Below the pieces are notes generated by a model. That model saw only the letters and a list, made by a program, of their open reading frames with translations, was not told the DNA's origin and made no database searches. This document shows positions 28,573 through 41,430 of a stretch of DNA of 64,000 nucleotides, in pieces. The first letter of the stretch is position 1; the number at the start of each line of letters is the position of its first letter. Made by a program: the position numbers and the translations under genes. Source of the DNA: the human T2T-CHM13v2.0 reference genome, Homo sapiens; the NCBI RefSeq assembly GCF_009914755.1, contig NC_060928.1; one strand, written 5' to 3'.

Positions 28573-29558
28573 AAGGAGAAATAAAGTCTTTTTCAGTCAA
28601 GCAAATGGGAACCAAAAGCAATCAATCAAAAGTAGTTATTCTTATATCAGACAAAACAAACTTTAAAGCAACAACAGTAAAAAAGAAAGACAAAGAAGGT
28701 CATTACATAGCGATAAAAGGATTAGTCCAACAGGAAAATACCGCAATCCTACATACATATTCATCTAACTCTGAAGCTCCCAGATTCATAAAACAATTAC
28801 TACTGAACTTAAGAAAAGAGAAAGACAACAATACAATAATAGTGGGTGACTGCAACACTTCACTGAAAGCACTAGACCAAGAGTCAAGGGAGAAAGCCAA
28901 CAGAGAGACACTGGATTCAAACTGTATTCTAGAACAAATGGACCTAACAGATATTTACAGAACATTCTACACAGGAACTGTAGAATATACATTCATTCAA
29001 TCAGCACATGGAACATTCTCCAAGATAGATAACATGATAGGCCACAAAACAAATCTCAATAGATTTTAGAAAATGGAAATTATATCAAGTACTTTCTCTG
29101 ACCAAAGAAGAATAAAACTAGAAATCATTCCAAAGGAACCCTCAAAACCATACAAACACTTGGAAATTAAACCATCTACTCCTGAATTATTTTTGGGTTA
29201 GCAATGAAATCAATATGAGAATTTTAAAATTCTTTAAAATCAATAACAGTGATACAAGTTATCAAAGCCTCTGAGACACAGTAAAAGCACAGTAAAAGGA
29301 GTGTTAAGAGGAAAGTTGATAGCACTAAATGCCTACAACGAAAAGTCTGAAAGATGAAAAATCGACAACCTAATGTCAAACCTCAAGATACTGGAGAAAC
29401 TGGAACAAACCAAATCCAAAGATAGAATAAGAAAAGAAATAACAAACATCAAACCAGAACAAAATAATGTTTAAACAAACAAACAAACAAAAAAGATTGA
29501 TGAGATAAAAAATTGGTTCTTTGTAAAGATAAAGAAAATTGATAGACCATTAGCTAGG

Positions 29559-29914
29559 TGATGTGGTTTGGCTGTGTCCCCACCCAAATCTCATCTTGAA
29601 TTCTCACACGTTGTGGGAGGGGCTGGGTGGGAGGTAGTTGAATCATGGGGCAGGTCTTTCCCGTGCTGTTCTTGTGATGGTGAGTGGGTCTCACAAGATC
29701 TGATGGTTTTAAAAAATGGGAATTTTCCTGCACAAGTGCTCTCTCTTTGCCTGTTGCCATCCATGTAAGACGTGGTTTAGTTCTCCTTGTCTTTCACCAT
29801 GATTGTGAGGCCTCCCCAGCAGTGTGGAACTGTAAGTCCATTAAACCCCTTTATTTTGTAAATTGCCCAGTCTTGGGTATGTCTTTATCAGCAGCATGAA
29901 AACAAACTAATACA
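29559..29914 (+). mobile_element. THE1B LTR (5' LTR of a truncated provirus)
   Basis: tgatgtggtttggctgtgtccccacccaaatctcatcttgaatt...gtatgtctttatcagcagcatgaaaacaaactaataca. Confidence 0.92.
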
Positions 29915-30116
29915 GTAAATTGGTACCAGTAGAGTGGGGTACTGCTGAAAAGATACCTGAAAATGTGGAAGCGACTTTGGAACTAGGTAACAGGCAGAGG
30001 TTGGAACAGCTTGGAGGGCTCAGAAGAAGACAGGAAAATGTGTAAAAGTTTGGAACTTCACAGAGACTTGTCGAATGGATTTTTCCAAAATGCTGATAAT
30101 GATAAGGACAATGAAA
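29915..30116 (+). mobile_element. THE1B internal sequence, first ~200 bp
   Basis: gtaaattggtaccagtagagtgggg...gatacctgaaaatgtggaagcgactttggaact...ggagggctcagaagaagacagg directly after the LTR. Confidence 0.9.
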
Positions 30117-33100
30117 CAACAACAAAAAAACTTCCTGAGCCAGATGTAGTCACAGCCAAACTCCACCAGATATTAAAGGAATTGATACCAACCACACTGA
30201 AACTATTCCAAAAGATTGAGAAAGAGAGAATTCTCCCTAACTACTTCATGAAGCCAGTATCACTTTGATACCAGATACAGGAAAGGGTGTAACAAAAAAA
30301 GAAAACTACAGATTAATATCCCTGATTAACATAAATGCAAACATCCTCAACAAAATACTAGCACAATGAATTCAACAGCACATTAAATAAGATAATTCAC
30401 AATGATCAAGTGGGTTTTGTCCCTGGGATGGAAGGATGCTTCAATATACACAAGTCAATAAATGTGATTCATCGCATAAGCAGAATTAAAAACAAAAACC
30501 ATACGATCATCTTAATAGACACAAGAAAAGCATTCAATGAAATCCAGCGTCCTTTATGATAACAGCCCTCAAAAAACCATAAATAGAAATAACACACCTC
30601 AAAATAATAAATGTCATGTATGACACATCCACAGCCAACATCATATTGCATGGAGGAAAAGTTGATAGCATTGCGCTTAAGATCTGAACAAGACAAGGAT
30701 GACCACTTTTACCACTTCTAGTCAATGTAGTACTGGAAGTCCTAGCCAGAGCAATTAGACAGCAGAAAGAAATAAAGGGCAATGAAATTGGAAAAGAGAA
30801 GTCTATCCCTGTTTGCTAATGATATGACTGTATACCTAGAAAACTCCAAAGTTTCTTCCAAAAAACTACTCAATTTGATACATGAATTCAGTAAAGCCTT
30901 AGGTTACAAAATCAATGTATACAAATCAATAGCACTGAGATCTACCAACAACAATCAAGTTGAGAACCAAATCAAGAACAGAGTCCCATTTATAATAGTT
31001 GTAAAAAAAAAATAACTGAAAATACACTTAAGCAAGGAGGTGAAATATATCTCTAAGTAGAACTATAAAACACTGCTGAAAGAAATCCTACATGGCACAA
31101 ACAAATGAAAATACATCCCATATTCATGGATTGGAAGAATCAATATTGTTAAAATAACCATACTGCCAAAGCAATCTACAGATTCAGTGTAATTCCTATC
31201 AAAATACCAAGATCATTTTTCACAGAATTTTTTTTGATCCTAAAATTCATATGGAACCAAAAAAGAGCCTGAATAGTCAAAGCAATCCTAAGCAAAAAGA
31301 ATCAATCTTGAGGCTTCACATTACTCAACTTAAATTATACTATAAGGCTATGGTAACCAAAACAGCATGGTACTAGTATAAAAGTAGATACATAGACAAA
31401 TGAAACAGACAGAGAACCCCAGAAATAAAGCCAAATGCTTACACCCAACTGATCTTTGACAAAGCATACAAAAACATAAATTGGGGAAAGGTCACTCTAT
31501 TCAATAAATGGTGCTGGGAACACTGAATAGCCACATGTAGAAGAGTGAAACTGGATCCCTGTCATCATATAGAAAAATTAACTCAAGATGGATTAAAGAT
31601 TTAAATATAAGACCTGAAACAATAAAAATTCTAGAAGAAAAGCTACAGAAAAAGATTCTGGATATTGGCCTAGCAAAGAATTTATGACTAAGACCCCAAA
31701 GGTGAATGTAACTAAAACAAAAATGAATAAATGGGACCTAATTAAACTAACAAGCTACTGCACAACAAAATAAATAATCATCAGAGTAAACAGATAACCC
31801 ATGGAATGAGAGAAAGTATTTGCAAACTATGCCTCCAACAAAGGACTAATACTTAATATCTATAAAGAACTCAAAAAAAATCAGCAAGAAAAGAATAATC
31901 CCACTGAAAAATGGGCAAATGCCATGACTAGAGTTTTCTCAAAAGAAGATATACAAATTGCCAAAAAAAAATGAAAAAATGCTCAACATCACAAATCATC
32001 AGGGAAATGCAAATTAAAACCACAATGAGATACAACTTTACTCCAGCCAGAATGACCATTATTTTTTAAATAAATAGACGTTGGTGTGGATATGGTGAAA
32101 AGGGAATGCTTATACACTGCTAATGGAAATTTAAATTAGTACAACCTCTGTGGAAAACAGTATGGAGATTTCTCAAAGAACTAAAAAGAGATCTACCATT
32201 CAATCTATCGGTACCACTACCGGGTAGCTACCCAAAACAGAAGGAGGCATTAGATCAAAAAGACAACTGCACACATATGTTTATCAAAGCACAATTCACA
32301 ATTGCAAAGATATGAAACTAATCTAAGTGCTAATCAACCAATGAGTGGATAAAGAACATGTGGTATATACACACCATGGCATACTACTCATCCATTAAAA
32401 AGAACAAAATAATGCCTTTCACAGCAACTTGGGTGGAACTGGAGGTCATAATTCTAAGTGAAGAAATTCAGGAACGGAGAACCAAATGTTTTATGTGCTC
32501 ACTTATAAATGGGAAGCTAAACTATGCGTACGCAAAGGCATATAGAGTGGTATAATGGACATTGGAGACTCAGAAGGGGGAAGCTGTGGAAGGGGGGAAG
32601 GGATAAAAAACTACATATTGGATACAATGGACTTTACTTGGGTGACGGGTGCACTAAAATTTCAGACTTCACCACGTTATAATTCATCCATGTAACCAAC
32701 ACCCTTTGTACCCCTAAATCTATTGAAATTTTAAAAGTATAAAAAATAAAAACAAAGGCATCAAGGAGCAAAGAAGGCCTTCTTAATATTTGGCATACAT
32801 ATAGAGGTAAGCCACAGGTTTCATGAATAAGCTGGAATCTATAGGATACAAGAAAAATGTAGCTCTATTCTTTTATGTATCTTCTTATGTGAATCTGTTT
32901 TCCTCTGTCATTTAAATAAATTTCAAGATTTCCATAGCTTTTCCAGAAATTCTCAGGAAATAAAATCTAGTCCAGTTTAATATTTATCTTACATTCTCAT
33001 CCAATATCAAATGCCCCCCATTTACCAAACTTGGACCAGCCTTAGGCAGGTTCTGCTGTGGGAGAAGAGGATTCTGGTGGGTTTCTCTACCATTGCTTCC

Positions 33101-33586
33101 CTCTATCTCATTCTCCTCATTAGGTATGGCTATAGTGCCATCCAGGATTGGAGCAGGTAGAGAATGAAGAAATAAAATTTATAAAATAAATCCTACTGTT
33201 TCAATTGTAATCCTACAGAAGTGCCTTCTGGCTATAAGTGATTTAAAAACCTGCTTCTGTCTCAAAAGAGATGTCTTTGTGAGTCCCTTAGGGATGTTTA
33301 TTTCCAGTGTTGATGGAAGAATGCATATCTCTGATCCCTTTTATTCTTTTTCTCCCTGGACTTTGAAGAATCCCTACAGAGGTGGCCTCACTCCTCAAAA
33401 CAGGTTTGATTGAGCAAGATTTTTTTCAAGACAGTTTGCTGGCTTGCTTTCATGAAGTCTATAGAGAACCCTTTTCTCTGCTGTCCATGATGGTATAGCT
33501 GGCTATGGGGCACAGCCTCACATATTTACACTCTCGAAGGCATGAATCAAGTTCCAGTCCCTGTGTCTCACAAAGTCATGGATACT

Positions 33587-33958
33587 TGTTTTCTTAGATT
33601 GAGTTTCTTAAATCAAAGCTTGAAGAAGGGATTTCATAACATTTAGCTTATTGAGGCTATCTCTCAGGAGAAAGACAGAGAAACAGGAGAGCGAAAAAGG
33701 AACAGATTTTAATTGGTGTCTAGTTTCAGCTGATCCAACGAGGGTGTCTGGAACATGAATTGCCCCACAGAATTGATCTCAATGTAAGGCAAGGGAGCTC
33801 ATGCTTTGCATCAGTTATCATTGACTGCAGAAAGCATCTAGGGTAGAGAAATGTAACCTCTGAGAGGGAGAGAGAAAAAGAGAGAGAGAGAGCTATTATG
33901 TTGTCAGTATACAAGCTCAGGGAGAGATCTGAGCAGGACACTAACAGCATCTACTACA
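33587..33958 (-). mobile_element. LTR16C-like (ERVL) solo LTR
   Basis: catgaattgccccacagaattg...aggcaagggagct...tcattgactgc; ends acagcatctactaca. Confidence 0.6.
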
Positions 33959-34375
33959 CCTGCCAAGCTATTTCTAAGTTTCTCTCTTGCTGAATTTGCA
34001 GTGGTGGGGAAGCACTCTCTTCTCCCTGTGAGGAGGGCCTTAGAATACAGAGCACACCAACTGTTCTCCAAAGAAATTCTTATTCTTGCCCTCTTGAATA
34101 TTCTATTAACTCTTTAGCCTTCTCTCGGCTTAGTCTTGAGATGGCTGAGTTAATACTGGTAGAACTCATTTCACACCCTCTGAGCATGGCTCACTTTGAC
34201 ATTTTAACACTTGCAAAGGGATGTGGGATATTTAGAACCTATAATATTGTTCTTGGTTTGGGCTAAAATTTTGAAAAAATAGATAAACTTACACTTATCC
34301 TCCTCTTAGCACTCCACCCTCTCAAAAATAAAAAGTAGGAAAATCTGTAACTCTTGGTATTAAGATGGCAAAAGA

Positions 34376-34672
34376 GGCTGGGCACGGTGGCTCAGGCCTG
34401 TAATCCCAGCACTTTGGGAGGCCAAGGCGGGCGGATCACGAGATCAGGAGATGGAGACCATCCTGGCTAACACAGTGAAACCCGGTCTCTACCAAAAACA
34501 CAAAAAATTAGCCAGGTGTGGTAGTATGCACCTGTAGCTTCTCGGGAGGCTGAGGCAGGAGAATCACTTGAACCTGGGAGGCGGAGTTTACAGTGAGCCG
34601 AGAAAGCACCACTTCACTCCAGCCTGGGTGACAGAGCAACACAGCGAGACTCCATCTCAAAAAAAAAAAAAA
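34376..34672 (+). mobile_element. Alu, AluSc8-like
   Basis: Y-like left arm (ccatcctggctaacac), S-like right arm (gaatcacttgaacc); TSD aagatggcaaaaga / aatagggcaaaaga. Confidence 0.92.
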
Positions 34673-35738
34673 AATAGGGCAAAAGAAAGCATAGAGAATT
34701 GTCTATGGTTCAAGGAATTCTGCATATTTCTAGTAGACCTCCTCTGCTAATAAACCAGAGAGTGTGTTTCAGTATTGAGATCTGCTTCCTTTTGGTATTC
34801 TGGAATTATTTACTACAGTTAATTTTGCTTGTAATTAACCCAAATCATTCTGTAACAATTAAGCATTTTCTTCTGAAAGCCTTATTATTTCTCTGTACTT
34901 TCTGTGGCTACTGAACTGAGTCCCCTTCTTTTCTCAGTGGGAAGTGACCACAATATTACGATCCTAGCACAGGTACAGGCATAATCAGCCCTCAATTTTC
35001 AACAGCAGGTACTACAGACTTTCCCCTCATCCTACTCCATCTTCTCTAAACAGCATGCCTGATTTTAATAGTATAAGAAATCCTGTGCAAAACTTTCCAT
35101 ACTGCCGTTGATTAGAAATGACAAAGGACACTTGTGTTCCATGCAGTTAGTAGCCCTTGGGAATCTGTGTGCTAGGGTTAGCACTAAAATGGAATGAGTA
35201 ATAATTCTGACTGTGCTTGCTACAGAATAGAGGTGCAATGGCCTTTGGTGACACAGAAAGTCATTTGAGGCAATTCCTACTTTAAGGCAGCTATTGAAGA
35301 ATAATTTGCTGATGCATTTTTAATAGCATTAATCTGTTTCCACTTTTTTGGGTTTTTGCAGTTGTCAGCCAATAAGTAATGCATTATAGGACATTCTCAG
35401 TTTGTGGAACAGGCATATTGATTTTCAATGAAAATATGACAGGCAGAAAGATTGCCTGAACACTAAATTCATTCATAGCTGAGTAACCAGATCTATCCAG
35501 AAAGGTGGAGTATAAAACACACGGATAAACAAAAATATGTTCAAAGAATCATTGCCCAATTTCAGTTTTCAAATCTACACTTATTACTGCATTTGCCAAT
35601 AAAATAACATTTTCTTGGAAATTATTAACTTCTATATTTTCATTATAGATTTTCATCAGTTTTTTTAATGAACAAAGGATTATAAATAATCTAGAATTGA
35701 AATTTCTGTGTAAGTGCAGAAATAAAATTTCGAGTTTG

Positions 35739-36086
<348 letters not shown>

Positions 36087-37416
36087 TCAAAAATTGGTTG
36101 AAATAAAAATATTGTTTTCCTCATTTATTCTCTATTCTGCAAGACAAGCTAAGAGGCATTTAGACAACTGCTGCCTTATTTAACATACAGGAAATGTATA
36201 GAAGCAGGATATTCGCAATGTAATATCATTTAATAAAGGAGAACTCTAAGGGAAAGCATAAAATGTAACAGAGTAATCCTTTTAGTGAAAAACTTTTCCA
36301 AGATTAGTTCTTGTCTTCCAGTTAGTAGAAATAAAATAAACACATCATTCCTTCATCTTTTATGGCTAAGAATATTATTGATAGGAGCACTGAAAGATGC
36401 AGGAAATAGAGTTTCCAATTAAATATTTTCCAATTAAAATTTTATTATAAAAAGTGCATTATACCACACAAGTTAAAAACTAAGTTTTCCTGAAATTTGG
36501 ACCTAATTTTTGGACTCTTTATAGAGCTTCAGAAGGACCTTGAGTACATATTTAAAACCTTTCAATTAACTTTGAGACTGAGCCTGAAGACAGAGACAGC
36601 AAGAGTGGTTTGGTGATTAAAGTAAAGATATTCATGTAATCTTTCTAACTAAATTGGCTCTTCAGTAGGCATGATAAAATGAAGTATTTTTCAATACCAG
36701 ATCTCAGCTAAGAGGCCCAGCAAGGAACAAGGAGAGCTGTGGAAAGAATTTAGAATAATTGGGTCAACAGTTTGTATTCCTTGTGTTTTCTGGAGAAGGA
36801 TAAGCCCAAACTGGTAAAAATAATTGATGATAATTTCTAAGACCCAGCAAATAACACCCATGAGGACCTACAGGTAAAGAGAGTAAAGTAGTTGAGATCA
36901 GTGTGCTGACAGGCTGCAGATAAGAATTTCTAGAAGTTTCTTCTTGATCAGGACTCTAGGGACTAAGAGCTATAGCAAAAATGTCACTCACCCTCACAGT
37001 TTACAGGGAACATTTTCACAGTGAGCTGCAAAGAATAATGGACTAGCTTGAGACTTAAGACCTTTAAAGATACTAATCTAATCACTTATAGAGTAGGCTG
37101 CATTTGTCTTCCTACTTGAGCCTAAACAAATGATCTTTGCTCTAAAAATGACTGATTTGTGCTAGAAAGAAAGGGAAAGAATGAGCAAATTATTAGACAA
37201 TATGAGAGCCTTAAGGAAAATAAAAAAAAAGGAGTTTATACCAACAGCAACAAAAATAACTGCTCTGAAACAGAAGAAAATTAGAACCAGTGAAACAAAA
37301 TATGTGACAAAGAGAAAAAAAACTGTTTGCTCCCAGATATTTAAATAACACAAGAGGCCTCTCTCCTGGCCTTAGTAGGTCAGTCTTACCCTTACAAGAA
37401 AGCATCCACAAAGCAA

Positions 37417-37447
<31 letters not shown>

Positions 37448-37554
37448 CACCAAGGCAAACAGGAAGAATTCTGGGCCTAGTCTTTGGAATAAAATATGTG
37501 TAGTGATGGTCAGTGACACTCAGTGACAGGCATTTATAGGCTAAACAGGAGATG

Positions 37555-37870
37555 CAGAGTCTTCCTGAAGCAGCAATTTAATATGAACCACATATTTAAT
37601 TCCAAATTTTCTGATAGCCACTCTAAAAAGAAACAGGTAAAATTAATTTTAAGAATACATTTTATTTAAACAATCTGTCCAACATAATAACACTTCAGTA
37701 TGTATTTGATATAAAAATTATTAAAGATATATCTTAAATTATTTTTTACTTAGTAAATTTTTGATACCTGGTATGTATTTTAAACCTACGGTACATCTCG
37801 ATTAGGACTAGCCACTTTTCAAGTCCTCAAGAGCCACATGTGGTCAACAATTGGCATATTGGAAAGTTCA
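37555..37870. mobile_element. MER33 (hAT-Charlie MITE)
   Basis: ccacatatttaattccaaattttctgatagccac...aaaagaaacaggtaaaattaatttt...ggactagccacttttcaagtcctcaagagccacatgtgg. Confidence 0.75.
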
Positions 37871-38008
37871 TTCCTAATATATAAATCCAAAATATGGCAG
37901 TAAGCCAAATAAGGCTTGTGATACTGCATAATGTCTACCTAATTCTTTGCCTCTTGATCCCATCCCACCCTTCCTCCAGCAACCTCACACACTCAAATAT
38001 GTATGCAA

Positions 38009-38028
38009 ACACGCAAACACACACACAC

Positions 38029-38068
<40 letters not shown>

Positions 38069-38069
38069 A
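38009..38069. repeat. (CA)n microsatellite, interrupted
   Basis: Direct reading. Confidence 0.95.
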
Positions 38070-38731
38070 TATATTTCCCCTCTGCTGTTTCTTTTCTCTC
38101 TTAAGCTAGAAAAAAAAAAATCCAAGCTCTCTCATACTTAAATGCAAAGTGAAAAACCTTTTCTTTCTTCATTCTCCTCTCACTGAGACACCACCAGTTT
38201 CCTCAGAGCAATATATGCTAATTCTTTCCATTTTCTCATACCTTAATCACTTTTGAAACCACATCTGGAGCATTATACAAGTCTAGGGTCTTTATCCACA
38301 GAGAATACAATAAAAGAGATACTCATGATTCTTTCTCAAGCAATTGAAATTTACCTTCGGTTCCCGACCACTCCATAGAACCTGCTTTCACCACAATGAC
38401 AATTTGTCTCTATTGCACAGTGCATGACACATTCAGTCTTTCCATGCTCTGTCAGTCAACAGTGTTAGATGCTGTAGACTCTGCCCTCCTGTCCGGATTT
38501 CCCTGACATCAACATCACCTGACTTTAATCTTCCCTCTCATGTAGCTTTTTCTTTGTCTCTTCTCAAGATTACATTTTTGAGCCCATTCTGTTCACACTG
38601 ATGGTCCCTGGGATCTGTACTCATCTCTCTCCTTTCTCACATTAAAAACTTTCATGAACTTTTACACATTCCCATGTCATCAGTTAAGGTCTATTCTTCC
38701 AGCTGTATTTTTTACCCCCGATTACAATTTC

Positions 38732-38803
38732 TTTTTTTTTTTCTAATCTCATGTTTTATTTTTTATTTATATATATATATTTTTTTATTATACTTTAAGT
38801 TCT
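38732..38803 (-). mobile_element. Ultra-short L1PA 3' terminus with compound tail
   Basis: 38785-38803 is the exact reverse complement of agaacttaaagtataataa (same as 63249-63267), followed on the minus strand by A/AT-rich tail. Confidence 0.65.
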
Positions 38804-39586
38804 CAACAAACCATATTGCTAGCTTCTTAAGGTGTATCTAGTGCTTAGATATACCTTAGGGATTTCAAACTTAAAATTTCTACAAAAGTTATCTTCCTTT
38901 CAGGAATACTCTTGAATTCCCTGTCAAATCAAAAGCATGCCCATCTTCTCAATCACTAGACTCAGCCATCTGTCACCATTATTTGTTCAAGCTACCTGAA
39001 TCCCACAGTTATTCAGTCACTGTACCCATTATTTCACTGACTTAATTATTTATTTAAATGGTACCTGCCTTTCCATTGCCCTCATCACTACTTCATTTAG
39101 ATAATTGTCAAAGAGACACAATAGAAAAGGCATCTGGTTTTGAAACATGCTTTCTAACCTTGCTTCATACCATCCATGTGAAAAATATGCAAGAAAACAT
39201 AATGGTCACTCAACATCTCACTAAAAATCACCCTTCAAAGGACCCTCTAGTGTTCACAATAAATGCAAACACCATAGAATAGCCCACAGAGATGTTCATT
39301 TTCCAATCTGCAGTCTCATAGCTTTAACTTTAAAACTGTATTCTTCGATAATACAAACGAACTTATTTTTCTCTAGAAGAACTTGTGTGCCTTAACACAT
39401 CTTGCATCCTCTATCTTGGACATCTTTCACCGTAATAATTCCTACATGATGGTTGCCTAATATTTTTTATCTATCACCAGACTTTTCTGAGAAGTGAACT
39501 TCTACAAGATTCTTTCTTTGATACCATCCATCACCTGTCTGTACATATTTAATCATAGCATGTGGTTAATAGAATTATAATTGAAT

Positions 39587-39899
<313 letters not shown>

Positions 39900-41204
39900 T
39901 TATAATTGTATGTTCAATTATTCATCTTAGAGGCCTTATCCTAGTGGCTACCAATCCCCTCAAATATAATAGAGGCATGAACATAAAATGAATGAATGAA
40001 TGACTTCATGGTGTCTATGTATGACACTACAGAATTTGAATTTGGGAATACAATAAAAACTCATGACATTAAGAGCAAAGATGGCACAAGAAGGAAACAC
40101 AAGGTTACATTGATGGCATGAAAAGACAGGATTTTGGTTTCTAAACTATATATTTTAGTTTCTAAACTGATAGACCCTTGGCAAGAATCTAAGAGGTCCT
40201 CCAGATAATTGGAAGTGCACACTTGGGAAGTACTCATAAACAGAAGTTTAAATTACAATTTAAAGTTAAGGTAAGAGAAAAACTGACTAGAGAAAAATTA
40301 ATATTATAATACAAAGAAACTCAACAGATGAATTTCCATTGCTGATAAGGCTGCATAATAATTACTGAAGAAAATAATAGACATGATGTTACTTATATAT
40401 AGTTATGGGCTTAGGAATAGGTGTAATAAATTGGTTAAGCTCAAAATTAATTCCTAATATTTTCTTTGAAGGCTCTAGTCATTAAGATTAGACTACACAA
40501 AGAGATTTTTATTAAAGCAAGAGAGGGTTGGTATACCAGAAAATTTGGAAACATAATTCTGCATATATAAAAAATATAGATTTTTAAACATCAGTAAATT
40601 ATCAGGATAACTTACTCAATTCTTAAAGATTTCATAACTGAGAGGAGAAAACAGACATAAAGAGCAGAAATGTTGTTGAGTCCACTGAAGTTTGGTGAAT
40701 ACAGACTTAACAAACCTCTATCTTTCTTTGGGGGTAAAGTTCAAGAAAATAGCAGATTCTAATTTTTTTATTGTCTGCGTAGCTCATGGACGAAACACAC
40801 ATGCACGCACTCACACACAGACACACAATGAGAATAAAAATAAATAAGCTTTGGTTAGTATCACAGAGGACCTGTTTTATGAACAAGACTCATGGAAAAT
40901 CACTTAGAGTTGAGATGAAGAGGATGTAGCATTGACATTCATAAACCACGCACCCTACAACAAAGGTGCCTCATGGGGCCTCAGTATGTGCAGACGGCCA
41001 CACAGAGGACCACATACACCCCAGTCCCCCAGAGCCCTCACAGTACTTATATTCCTCAGAAAATAAAGCAACCAGTGCAAGTGCTGAATAGGTTGGGATA
41101 AAGATTTTGCCACTTGGCTGCAGGGTAGTTTGTGATAAAAATTAAGTTTAGTTAAAGAAAAATAAAGAAAGTTACATTTCTTGTCCACCAGTTATACACA
41201 CTGT

Positions 41205-41430
41205 GCTTAAGGAAACAGCAAAATAGAGCCTGGAAAAAGAAAATATTCAAAGGAACATGGTGGTGGTCTTCAAATATTAGAAGGACTTCAAAATGTAATT
41301 TGTTCTGGGTATTGTTTCAGGAGATAGAACTAATTTCCAGCAAGTGGAAACTGTAAAGTGACAGATTCTTGGTTTTTAAAGGAAGTTCTACTAACAAGAG
41401 TCTTTTAACAGTAGAATGAATCTGATGTAC
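41205..41430 (+). mobile_element. L3/CR1 LINE 3' fragment
   Basis: agcctggaaaaagaaa...gtcttcaaatattagaagg...tttgttctg...agaact...gtggaaactgtaaagtgacagatt. Confidence 0.6.

Larger units (their letters stand above)
25551..32752 (+). mobile_element. Originally full-length L1PB3-like LINE-1 with nested LTRs and three internal deletions
   Basis: ~2.5 kb GC-richer 5'UTR, ORF1 start atgagaaggaaccagaaa ~28133, EN remnant (IIVGDCNT, HGTFSKID), L1PB3-type 3' end (gggtgcactaaaatttcagacttcacc...cccctaaatctattgaaat); degenerate TSD caaagatgtcagggag (25535-25550) / caaaggcatcaaggag (32753-32768). Confidence 0.88.
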
